Below, piece by piece: positions 9,682 through 21,387 of a stretch of DNA of 63,990 bases. Position 1 is the stretch's first letter. Every line of letters starts with the position of its first letter. Below the pieces are notes generated by a model, which made no database searches, was not told the DNA's origin, and was given only the letters and a program-made list of their open reading frames with translations. The stretch spans positions 18,858,685-18,922,674 of the forward strand of contig JASCQW010000109.1 in assembly GCA_030264375.1 (NCBI GenBank), read 5' to 3'. A program made the translations under genes and the position numbers. Source of the DNA: Carcharhinus longimanus. Taxonomy: Eukaryota.

Positions 9682-12600
9682 GTAAGCAACAACCTTACTG
9701 CTTCCCGCCCCCCCCCCCCCGCCAAAACAAAATGTTTCTTTCCTCCACTTGTTCCCCATTTGCTTGAATATTTCTGTCTGCCTTTACTTTACAGATGCGG
9801 TGTTACCTAACTCTAATTTGAATATTCAGCAGGCAATTGTGAACGGTCGAGAGGGAGAGACGGTGAAACTGGGGTGCATAAGCAGCAGAAAGGAAAATGA
9901 TAGCCTGGTGCGTTGGGGTTATGTACCCGTTAACACTACACAAATCAAATGGCTGGTGTCCTTGAGGCCGGGATCTACAAATTTCACTCGAGTGGAAGGG
10001 ATCGAGACCCGTTTCTCCGGAACCAACGAGACCAACTTAACCTTAAAAATCGATAACTTGAAACAGACGGATTCAACCAGATATTACTGTCAGAGTGAGC
10101 TTAGCGAAAACTGGTGCGGCTGTGGAATGGCCCTGAAAGTGAGAGCAGGCAAGTGGAAATTCATTCGGGGGAAATAATGACTGATCTCAAATGTTAACCC
10201 CACACCCGGGGGAGGTGTTTCCCCGTGTGCTATCTGTAAGGGTGTGTTAACTCTCTCCAAACAGCCAAGAGGGAATTTGGTTGATGAGCCCATCTACTTA
10301 CTGTCAGCACCTCGCAATGTGGCAGCTCCCCCGACTGACTCCAGCAACCTGCAACAGTTAGTCATAAACCGAATCACGGGATAGTTATTGCTCAACCTTC
10401 GGTGGTTTTAGGAAGCAATTCACTCTATAAGAGTAATCAGTTCCACACATCCAATCTTCATTGGATGCTGTATTAGTTTAGGTGTGTTCTTGTTATTGTT
10501 GTAGCTTGGGTCTTTTCAATCAGCGACTTAGTTGTATTTTATCTGGGACATATTAATGGTCTACATCTTGGTGTGCAGGAGACAATTTCATAGTTTACCG
10601 ATGATATAAAACTCAGAAGTATTGCGAACTGTAAGGAGGACCATGTAGGACTTTAAAAGAACACAGACAAGTCGGTGGAGTGGGCGGATAGGTGGCAGAT
10701 GAAGTTCAATGCAGACAAGTGTGAAGTGAGGTACTTTGGTAGGAAGAACTTGGGGAGACAAAACTAAATAAGGGGTAAAATTCTAAAAGAGATGCAGGAG
10801 CAGAAAGACAATTTTTATTATGCACTTGTGGGACATAGTGGATGACCAGCATTTATTGCCCATGCCTTGTTGCCCTTGAAGGGCAGTTGAGAGTCAAACA
10901 CATTGCTGTTGATCTGGATCATATGTAGGCCAGACCAAGTAAGACGGCAGATTTCCTTCCCGAAAGGACATTAGTGAACCAGATAGGCTCGTTTGAGAAT
11001 TGACAATGGTTTCATGGTCATCAACAGATACTTAATGCCAGTTTTTTCTTTATTGGATTCAAAATCCACCGTCTGCCATGGCAGGATTCGAACCCAGGTC
11101 CCCAAAACGTTAACTGAGTTTCTGGATTAATAGTCTAACGATAATACCACTAGGCTATCACCTCCCCAAAGACCTAGGCCTTTCTGTGAACAGATCATTG
11201 AAGATGGCACGACAGATGGAGAGAGCCATTAATAAAACATATAGAATTCTGGGCTTTATTAATAGGAACATAAAATATAAGAGCAAAAATGTTATGCTGA
11301 ATTTATATAAGATATGATTTAGACCTCACCTGGAATATTGTGTATAGTTCTGTGCACCACATTATAGAAAGGATGTGAACACATTGGCGAGAGTGCAGAA
11401 ATGGCTTACAACAATAGTTCCAGGGTTGAGAAACCTCAGTTATGGGGATAGACTGGAGAAGTTGGGACTGTTCTCCTTAGAGCAAAGGCTAAGAGGATAA
11501 TTGATAGAAATGTTAAAAATCATGAGAGAGTTGGGCAGAGTAGATATGGAGAAATTGTTCCCATTCATAAAAGGATCAAGAATGAGAGAACACAAAAGAA
11601 GAAAAAAAATTTTCATACAGCAAATGGTTTGAGTCTGGAATTCACTACCTAGAATTGTGATGGAGACAGGTTCAATTGAACTTTTCAAGAGGGCAATAGA
11701 TGATTATTTGAATAGAAGTGATATGCAGGGCACAGGGAAAAAGCAGGGGAATGGCATCAATTCACAATGCCTGTTTGGAGAGCCAGTACAGACACAAGGG
11801 GCCAAATGGTCTCCTTCTGCACCGTAACAATTTTGTCATTTTGTGAGGCAATGGTGTAAAGCTCTTCCAGAGAGCATCCTGGGTTGAGTGTCCTCCTTGT
11901 GCACTAGAATTCAATGGCCAAATGTAGACATTAATACCCAGTCAGGTAATATCATCAAAAGCATCAACATCTGAAGTGTGCACACAAAAGTTAGAAGAAT
12001 TAAATAAACAAACCAATCAACAGAACAAGCACCAAATTAGACTTATTTTAGCCACAGCTTTAAAATTAGGGTTAGAAAATATAATGGCAAAATATAGCAA
12101 AGCTACTCACACAATGATATAAGCTTGTTCATTGTTAATGTTACAATAATGGGAAATTCAGCTAACCATTCCTTATCTTCTGACCTCAGCCATCATGCCT
12201 AGAGCACCTTCAGTTTATCTCTTGCATCCATCTCCTGAGAAGATGTCGCAGCAAATTGTCAGCAAACTTGTTTGTGTGGTGAGCAATTTCTACCCAGAAG
12301 CTATCTCTGTGTCTTGGTACATTGGCAACACCCAGCTATCTACAGGGATTTCCACTTCGGGCATACTGATGGAATCTGAAAACAGTTACACGACTATCAG
12401 TGAACTGGTAGTATCAACCTTTCAGTGGGTCAGTGGACTTCGTTACACCTGTGTTGTTTCACATAAAGCCCTGTCTTCTCCCATCAGAAAAATGATCAGT
12501 ATTGACAGTAAGTGAAATAAATATGTTTATTTGAAATCTCCTACACGTTAATTATCAACAGCTACCTTTTAATTTAAGAATGCAGAGATTAATACCAGTT

Positions 12601-15600
12601 AGAGAGCAAGATTCTCTCAGGGGACTCCTCTACAACTTGGCTGGCATTTTGGTCTATCTTATTTTTGCAAAAAATATACGTTAGTAGTAAAATATCTACA
12701 AAAATACTACAAACATTTCAAAATGGCCATCACACAAAGTGCAATAATATGTGTTCTCTACATAAATCACATTGCACTCTGAGGTACTTCAGTACAGTCA
12801 AGGAAACATTTATTTATTGTGTCACAAGTAGGCTTACATTAACACTTCAATGAAGTTGCTCTGAAAATCCCCTATTCGCCACACTCCGACACCTATTTAG
12901 GTACACAAAGGGAGAATTTAGCATGGACCTAACCAGTACATCTTTCAGACTGTGGGAGGGGACCGGAACACCCAGAAGAAACCCACGCAGACACAGGGAG
13001 AATATGCAGACAGCGACCCAAGCTGGGAATCGAACCTGGGTCCCTGGCGCAGTGAGGCAGCAGAGCTAACAACTGAACAACCGTGATGCCCCACAATAAA
13101 GGATGGGTTTGTATGACAATCAACAATGGCTTCATGGTCATCAATAGAGGCAGCAGTGCGAACCAGTGTGCCATCAAAACCAAATAACCTTATCTGTCAT
13201 GCACAGGAATAAAGCACAAGGTTACATGTACAAATTAAGGACAACATAAAAAAGAGAATGCAGGAAGAGCTTTCTTCCTGAAGAGTGGCAGCACGTGGAA
13301 TACATTACTGGTGCGTGGTGGAATAAGAAACATGCATGAGTTTTAGGAAATTACAGGACAGTTCCTTGTCAACATATGGGATTGAGGGATGTTAAAAATG
13401 CACCATAGGAACATTAAATTGGTAGATAGATGGACCCAAGACCTTTTCTTGCTTGGATCTGTTATTATGTTACTATGGCATAGAAGTCGTCTAGAAAATA
13501 TTGTTTTAGTATTTATACCAATATTTAGAATTTGAATAATTATTCAAACAAATAAGACTTATTTTCTTAAGATTTCACCAGGAACTATTCTCATTACTGT
13601 TTGTGGAATTTGTGTGAAAATTAAACACCACATTCATCAACAAATGCCTTCACTGATTCTGAAGTGCTTTGGGATGTTCTGAAGCTTTGGTATGGAAACC
13701 TAAGTTCTGAATTCTGCAAAATATGACTCTGAACATTAACTGTCTCTATTCATTTAGATCCAATTCCACCATCTATCTATGTCTTGCCACCAACCTCTGA
13801 AGATATTGTTATGGAGAAGACAGCAACAATTGTGTGCCTGGCTGTTGGATTTTATCCTGAAAGTATTTTCTTTAGGTGGCTGGTTAATAATCAGGTTAAA
13901 GAAGCTTCCAGTTCGCAAACCTTTCCTCCAGTTCGAAATGCAAACGGGAGCTACACTTCCAGAAGTGAGTTAACAGTTGTTGTGGACAAGTGGGAATCTG
14001 GCTCCGTGTTCACCTGTGAAATTCAACATGTTTCGCTCTCCTTTCCTGTAAGGCACAGTTTGAGGAAAAGAAATGGTAAGGACGTTGCAATCTGATTGAC
14101 TTTATTTTCTCCATATATCCTAATTAACATTAAATGTCCTTAAACAACAGACAGCGTCTTACAAGCTTCTTCCAAAATTTCAATTCCTCTTTCCTACCAA
14201 ACCCTTCAAAATGCTTTCATTTCCAAAAGGTCTGAGTCCACTTAGACATGGCATCCTCCTCCTCTTTCAGGTACAGTGCCCTAGGAGGTTGTTGGTGACC
14301 ATGGACTTCCATTGGACTGGCCTATGTTTATGCTATGTTAATGCTTGGCAATATACTGAAGTGGTTTGCTATTGCCTTCTGCAGTGTGACTGACCAGGAA
14401 ACTCTTTACTGCCTGCAGTCAGATCTATTGGAAGGATTTACAGGCTGATAATGAACTTGTTTGGTTACAGTATGCATGAACCTTTCATGGCCATCAAGCT
14501 CTGAAATGGAACATGTACCTGGAGCTTCTAGCCCAGAAGTAGGGATGCTACCCACTGCACCAAAGTACTTTGCTAAGCATGGAATACCATTCCAACATCT
14601 GAGCAGAATTGTTAAATTTCTGTATCTGATAGAAAGACAACCTAAAGAGAAATCATGTGTCCCGTTAAAGCTCTTCTTGTTGCTATATGGTTTATAATTC
14701 TTCTCTTGCTAACATTAGTAAAGAAGTAGAGGTAAATAAGGTTTAAAGGAGATGTATGAGGCAAGTTTTTTACACAGTGGATGGTGGATGCCTGGAACTT
14801 GCTGCTGGGGGTGATAGATACAATAGTGAGTTTTAAGGGGCATCTGGACAACTACATGAATAGGATGGGAATAGAGGGATATGGCTCCTGGAAGGGTAGG
14901 GGATTTTAGTTCAGTCGGGTAGCATGGTTGGTGCAGGCTTGGAGGGCCAAACAGCTTGTTCCTGTGCTGTAATTTTCTTGGTTCTTTGTTCTGAACAGTG
15001 GGGATTGTGGATACAAATTGCTACTTGTCTATATTAAACAGACTATATTAGCAGTTTCTCAAGACACAACATGGAGATGCCATTTTTTTGACTTGAAGCA
15101 GATAAGGAGCAGTCATTTAGTAAGCTGACTAGACTCGGTAGATGAATGGACAGTATTTCCATTCTCCCATCTATTTATCCTTTTGTCTTAACAAAATAAA
15201 GGTAGCTTTAAGGGATTGAAATGNNNNNNNNNNNNNNNNNNNNNNNNNNNNNNNNNNNNNNNNNNNNNNNNNNNNNNNNNNNNNNNNNNNNNNNNNNNNN
15301 NNNNNNNNNNNNNNNNNNNNNNNAAATATTAGAAATAAGGTATAGTTTTTAGTGGGTTTAATTTAATGTTTCTGTGTAAAAAAAAGGGTAAATCTATAGT
15401 TAGATTCCTGCTGGACAAAGGTGTTTGTAGATGTGGGGGTTTTGGTTTCAATTCAAACTGCTTCTATTGTGCTTAGAGAGATTATGGCATGAAAAGTAAA
15501 CAAGGTAGTTATTTAACAACCAAGGGCCCTTTTAAGCTAGAAAGAATTTTTGGGTTTAATTTTAGCTGCATATATTGCAGTTGGAAATAGGTAGTGAAGG

Positions 15601-18600
15601 GGAAGGCACCTCTCAGTGCTGCTAGCAGCAGTTCGTTTAGAAGGTTGGAGAGGGAATATCTCTATTAGCTTTGCCAGAAGGCGGCCATACCATAGAGTAA
15701 TAATTCAGAAAACAAGTGCAAAGAGCTAAAGTCCAGTTAGTTAGGGAATCTCAAGGGATGAAAAGAAGCTTCCAAGAAGCCTGAGGTTAAAGGTATTAGA
15801 ATAGAGAAGTGTTCAGTAAAGACAGACAGACTGGAGAAGAGCAGTGAGATGCCAAAAGGATATCTGAAGTGATTTTCAGGTTTGTGAAACATTGTTACAG
15901 TTTGGGAGACATTATTAGAAATAATCATGAAAATTAGTGGGTGGATCCTGGAGTTTGTGTAAGATGTGTCTTCTGTTGTATTGCACAATACTCCAGAGAT
16001 CAAAGGCTCAAGCATTAAGTTGCTACTTGTATTTTTCAGTTTCCACCTAAGCAGGAGGAAGTCTCAGAGGAAGCTTAATAATCTGATTCCAAGATTAGAT
16101 GTTGGTCAGCAAGTGCATCTCAAGCATGAATGCTGGGTGCTCAGCAGTCATCTGCATTGCAATGCTGCACTTTGGCATCGGTGTTGTCCAGTTAATTTAG
16201 CTCATTTGCTATCACCGCTACAATGACCGATTTCTGGTATCACAGGATGTGATCCATGCAGTTTGTAGAGGCAAATTTAAGCCAGGATTGACGGTATAGC
16301 ACCCAGTTCTGACCCAGGACCATGGAATAGAATGGATGCAATAAAAGTTATTTTGATGAGTTGTTATGGCACACTTATTTAATGGCATGGGAGATGCCGT
16401 ATCTGCATGAATACAAGATTTTACATCTTCATTCATGTCATCTGCATTGTGGGCATGGCTTGAAGATGGTCAATTTGGCAGCATGATACATCATTCATGA
16501 TCAACGGCATCATGAGAAGCAAGTTTGCAGGTGACAGCAAGAATGGATAATTTTGAAAAAGGTGGTCGTGGGTGACAGGAAGATATAGATAGGTTGGTGA
16601 AGTGGGCAGAGCAGTGGCAAATGGTATTTATCCCTGATAAGTCCCAAAGTGACACACTTTGGAAGAAGTAACAAGACAAGGGTAGATTTAATGAATGACA
16701 GGACATTAGGAAGCTCAAAGGAACAGATGGATCTTGGGGTACTTAGTCACAGATCCTTGAAGGCAGGAGAGCATGTGAATAGCATGGTTAAGAAGGCATA
16801 TGGCACACTTGTTTTTATCAGCCCTGGCATGGAGTATAAGAAAAAGGAGGTAATGTTGGAGCTGTACAGAACATTGGTTAGGCCACAGCTGGAGTACTGT
16901 ATGCAGTTCTGGTCACCTCACTCTAGGAAGAATGTGATAGCATTAAAGGGGGTACAGAGGAGGTTCACCAGGATGTTGCCTGGGATGGCGCATTTGAACT
17001 ATAAGGAGACACTGGATAGGCTAGTGTTGATTTCTCTCAAGCATAAAAAGGCTGACGGTGTGTAAGATTATGAAGGGTATGAGCGGGGTGAATATGGAAC
17101 AGCTGTTCCCGTTGGTTGAGAGGTCAGTCACAAGGGGGCATAGTTTTCGGGTAAGGAATTGGACATTCAGAGGAGATCTGAGAATTGTTTTTCACTCAGA
17201 GGGTGGTGGGAGTCTGGAATGCACTGCCTGGGGATGTAGTGGAGGCCTAAAACCTTACAACCTTCAAAAAGTATTTGGATGACCACTTGAAACATCATAA
17301 CATTCAAGGATGTGGAACAAGTGCTGGAAAATGGGATTAGTGCCGCTTTAGTGGTAGTTATTGTTGGTGCAGACTCACTGGGCTAAAGATTCCTTTCTGC
17401 GCTGTATGACTCACCTTCATCTCTTTCAGAATGGCTTGAATGTCACGGGCTTCCTCTTCCTCAGAGGTTGGAGCTCTGCCTGTGGCTTCGTTGTTATCTA
17501 GTTGAAGACTCCTCCACTGTGCGAATGTTGTGCAGCATGCAGCATGCAATAACAATTCTTGAAACCCTTGCTGGAGAATATTGGAGAGTTCCCCCTATCT
17601 AATAGAAGCATTGGAACCTGATCTTTCAAATCCTAATGGCCTGCTCAATGTTGTTCCTGGTGATAATATGGCTGCTGTTGTAATTTTCTCTACTGCCAAT
17701 TATGGGTTCTTAAAAAGGGCTGTTATCTATGTTCTGAGGAAGTAACTCTTGTCCCTTAAGGAGTAATTCCCATACCTGGGTAGGTCGCTAAAATAGATTG
17801 GGGAGTTATGAATTCTTTAGTGTGAAGGACTCATGGTAGTTGCCTGGGAAACTTGCACACACTCATTATGGTCACAAACCACCTGCACGTCGATTGAGTG
17901 GAATGACTTACAATTCACGAAGGTGAGTTGAGCTTTTAGGGAAAACATGAGTGGAGTCAATGATGCCCTGCACCCAGAGGAAACCGTCAATTCTGACAAA
18001 GGCTGTGGCTCAAAATCCATGGCCAAGCTAATAAGTTCTCCCACATGAGCCTCTCCATCCACAATCACATACTGTTATTCTCACCTGCAAGAGCCACTGC
18101 TTCGTAACAAAAAACTCAGCCAGTGTGTTTTACCCACTGTTAGAGTCATCAGGTTGTAACTGCAATGCACCCCAATATTAACTGCTCACCACATCCTGGC
18201 TCTCGAGTTCTGAATGTCTAATTGATTCCGCTTTATTGCAAATTTATTGATGCTATGTGACCAGGATACACTCTGCCCTCTGTCTTCACTTAGTATGTTT
18301 TAAAATGCATTTGATCTGATGCATGTGATAAAGCTGTAACTATTGGTTTAATCTCTTATCTAATGATGTGTTCCTGTCTCTGGTGTAGATGATTATATTC
18401 AGGAGCCTGTCATCCACCTGATCTCTCCCCCTCTTGACGCAGCCTCTGCAAGGCTAACTGTTGTAATAAGTTGTTTGGTGTCGGACTTTTATCCTGCTGC
18501 TATCTCTGTGACTTGGAGAAATGAGAATGGGCCAGTGGATACAGGAGTGATGCAGTTTGCAGTGGCTTTGGGCAGTAACAGCACCTACCAGACAGTGAGC

Positions 18601-20302
18601 CAGCTCACCGTGCCAACAGCAGAGTGGGAGAGTAAATACACTTACTGGTGTGTGGTGAAACATGTGTCTCTTGGACAGCCGATGCTGAGAGCAGTCAGCA
18701 AGGATCTGGGTAAGGTCTACATTTGTGTCCTTGTATGTATACAAGTATCTGAATGGGAGGTTGAGGTGCCTGTGTGTAAACGGTGAGGTTTGCAAGGTGA
18801 GTTTCAGAATGTTTGAGTTGATGGGGTTTGCGAGTGTGGTTGGTGTGCGTGTAGTTGGGGCAGGGATGGTTTTGTGGATGATGCATGATAAGGGATGGAA
18901 GAGTTAACAATTCATTGCTAACCTGGGCCCCATGAAAATAGCTCTGGGACCATTTGTACTTTCTGTAGAAGTCTGTGGTTTGAGAAAAAGGACTTTCAAA
19001 GCAGCAGAGGGGGAAGCAGCTGCTGATCAAGTGTGAATCTAACTGTTTCATGGTGTGAGTATTAAATTGTAAAGATCAGTTTAGGATATTGTGTGGTGCA
19101 GTGCTGATGTCCCTATTTCTCAGCATGAAGCTTTGGGTTTAGGTCCCTCTTCAGGACTTGATGGCCATGAAAGATATGTCAAATATGGTCAGACAGGTCG
19201 ACTATCAGCCTGTAGATCCTGCCAATGCACCCACTAATAGTGGGTGGTAAAAGCGGCATAGGACAGATCCCTACTCACCCATACCAGAGAAGACAATGGC
19301 AAACCATTGGATTGGTTATTATGCTTGACAATGGAAGTCAATGGTTACAATATCCTCTTAGGCCATGGTACCTGGAGGAGAAGGAAGATCAAATTAAAGC
19401 CAGTTTAATATATTCCTCTACCAAAAAGCCTCACCACTTATTCCTCAATCAAGAAATTATTTAATTCCTATCATAACTTTGCCCTGTTTAAAAATAGATC
19501 TATTGCCTCCTTTTCTTAAAAGCAATGAAGTCCAATGGAAACATGGGAATGATGGCTCCGCTGTGGACTTTTGCTGTCGTGGGAGGCTTACTTTTAATTA
19601 TCGCTGCTGCTATTCTCATCTACAAGAAAACCACATCTTCCACTCGCAGCACGATAGGTGAGATTGCTTTTATTGCCCTTTGTGCATAGTTGAAACATTG
19701 GCACAATTTAACACAAGTGTTGTACCACCACTTCCTGTAAGGACTCCATCCCATTGTCCCAATTTCTCCACCTCTGTTGTATCTGTTACAATTATGCTAC
19801 CTTCTGAAATGGACACGTCTTTGTTTTTCCTGAATTGAGAGGTCTGGNNNNNNNNNNNNNNNNNNNNNNNNNNNNNNNNNNNNNNNNNNNNNNNNNNNNN
19901 NNNNNNNNNNNNNNNNNNNNNNNNNNNNNNNNNNNNNNNNNNNNNNNNNNNNNNNNNNNNNNNNNNNNNNNNNNNNNNNNNNNNNNNNNNNNNNNNNNNN
20001 NNNNNNNNNNNNNNNNNNNNNNNNNNNNNNNNNNNNNNNNNNNNNNNNNNNNNNNNNNNNNNNNNNNNNNNNNNNNNNNNNNNNNNNNNNNNNGCCGAAG
20101 GGCCTGTTTCCCGTGCTGGGTTGTTCTTTGTTCTTTGTATTTATAAATTATTGTAATAACGTTCAGCGAATTACAGTTTCTTCCTATGTTTCCATTTCTT
20201 AACACAGCCAACTTCAGGAGGACGTTAAGCCTGGGTACACGACAGGAATCCATCTACCAAAATGTCTATTATAAGGTACTTGGACCACAGTCGCATGTTT
20301 GA
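9636..20302 (+). CDS. Gene B: non-rearranging antigen-receptor-like membrane receptor, leader-VJ-C1-C1-C1-TM-cytoplasmic Tyr motifs (~528 aa)
   Basis: Exons 9636-9681, 9795-10148, 12190-12507, 13758-14075, 18389-18709, 19523-19657 and 20208-20302. All junctions are phase 1 and join into one open frame of 1587 nt including the stop. Confidence 0.85.
9795..10148 (+). CDS. Gene B exon 2, V-set domain with fused J-like strand
   Basis: EGETVKLGC...RWGY...RFSG...LTLKIDNLKQTDSTRYYC...WCGCGMALKVRA; acceptor ttacag; the donor is CAG|GCAAGT (GC-AG intron). Confidence 0.88.
10560..11830 (+). mobile_element. CR1-type LINE fragment, with another repeat inserted at ~10810-11170
   Basis: WQMKFNADKCEV-like and RPHLEYCV.F..PHYRKDV-like remnants. 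Confidence 0.7.
12190..12507 (+). CDS. Gene B exon 3, C1-set domain 1
   Basis: APSVYLLHPSPE..LVCVVSNFYPEAISVSW...QWVSGLRYTCVVSHKALSSP; 318 nt; ctcag/gtaagt. Confidence 0.9.
12810..13092 (-). mobile_element. HE1-like tRNA-derived SINE
   Basis: Same family as 4355-4655. Confidence 0.7.
13758..14075 (+). CDS. Gene B exon 4, C1-set domain 2
   Basis: PPSIYVLPPTSED..ATIVCLAVGFYPESIFFRW...NGSYTSRSELTV...WESGSVFTCEIQHVSL; 318 nt; tttag/gtaag. Confidence 0.9.
16530..17410 (+). mobile_element. CR1-type LINE 3' fragment
   Basis: ORF 16649-17065 contains LYRTLVRPQLEYCMQFWSPH..VQRRFTRMLPGM. Confidence 0.85.
18389..18709 (+). CDS. Gene B exon 5, C1-set domain 3
   Basis: EPVIHLISPP..VISCLVSDFYPAAISVTW...STYQTVSQLTVPTAEWESKYTYWCVVKHVSL; 321 nt; tgtag/gtaagg. 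Confidence 0.88.
19523..19657 (+). CDS. Gene B exon 6, transmembrane segment
   Basis: AMKSNGNMGMMAPLWTFAVVGGLLLIIAAAILIYKKTTSSTRSTI: an uncharged TM followed by KK. Pyrimidine tract plus aaag acceptor, gtgaga donor, phase 1-1. This frame is not in the ORF track. Confidence 0.8.
20208..20302 (+). CDS. Gene B exon 7, cytoplasmic tail with Tyr motifs
   Basis: ANFRRTLSLGTRQESIYQNVYYKVLGPQSHV* after a strong acceptor (tttcttaacacag). An extra exon in gap 19848-20093, or use of a donor at 20276, cannot be excluded. Confidence 0.65.
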
Positions 20303-21387
20303 ATCATGGGGGAGGTGTGTCTGTGTCATATGTTTCAGGGAATCTCTTTGAAGTCTAAGACGTGATCGTTACAGTCACGGTGATTTACATTGCATCCTTG
20401 CACAGATCTACTGAATGTATGCACTTCATTTAGATATCAAGACATATTAAGTCAGGTTATTTCGAATTATCTGATCAATTTTTAACCAGAAAATTCACAC
20501 TTTGAATTTATAAACTCAATCTACTGGATAATTCAGACTTTTGTTCAAACACCAGCAATGAATTTTTAACAGATGGCAGAAGTGATTTGAAGGGTTTCTA
20601 TTCTGCTAAATACACAGCCTGTTCATCTTAGCAGTTAAGCTTTTTGCGAATGCTGCTGTTCTGTTATTCAGTGTGGTTCTGAATGTAGTTTTCATGATTG
20701 ATTAAACTAAAAGACAGAGCAATATTACATCTGAACTGAGTTACAGAGAAACATCTATCTGACTCTCAGACAGACTCTCCAACGAAAGACCAATCTTCAC
20801 ACAGATCTCTGGGGGGTGGGGGGTGGAGCAGAAAATACCTCCTGCCTTTTGCAGACCTCTGGAGAAGAATCTATTTTCTAGCAGGTCTCAGACTTCAGTT
20901 TCCAGACGGAGAAAGAGCTGATGCTCCTTTTCAAATTCAAACAGCAACTGCCTGCTTGTCTCTCTGCAAGCCTAGCTCCACCTGTTTACATGACTTTCTT
21001 TTTGTCTAGCAGCCAAATGAAACTCTACACTGAAACCTTAGGGGACAACCTAAAATAAAACAAAATTGCATTAACTCAGATTAAAATGAATACCCTAAAA
21101 ACTAGGAGCAATTATTCTTCAACATGCAGGCTGCCGGTTGTCAACAAATTGGCACTGTTTAAGCAGAGTTGAATCTTAACATTTCCTTCACAAGAAACAT
21201 GGCATAAATACATTTCTTAAAGGTACAGTAGTGTCACATGTTAATTTCAGTCCATTTCTTTCCAGGCTTTAGTCCTTGAAATAATTTTGGTTTTGTCATA
21301 GCATTGCTGGTTCAGTGTTAGAATTCTCATCTGCCATGTGATTCTTGGCCAGTGCAAGACCAATCTTTTGATTCCTCTCACTGTTCC

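Noticed and set aside
19479-19661. 60-aa ORF / acceptor at 19497
   Set aside because: Wrong frame. The acceptor at 19522 has the pyrimidine tract and gives a clean TM in phase.
19792-20253. ORFs spanning N-runs (also 42003-42266, 56989-57420, 61374-61559, 62962-63395)
   Set aside because: Artefacts of assembly gaps, several of which abut young SINE/LINE tails.
9636-20302. Conventional rearranging IgM/IgW/IgNAR or TCR cluster
   Set aside because: No separate D/J segments or RSS seen, no CART-type TM, no inter-chain Cys in C domains, and a Tyr-bearing tail is present.
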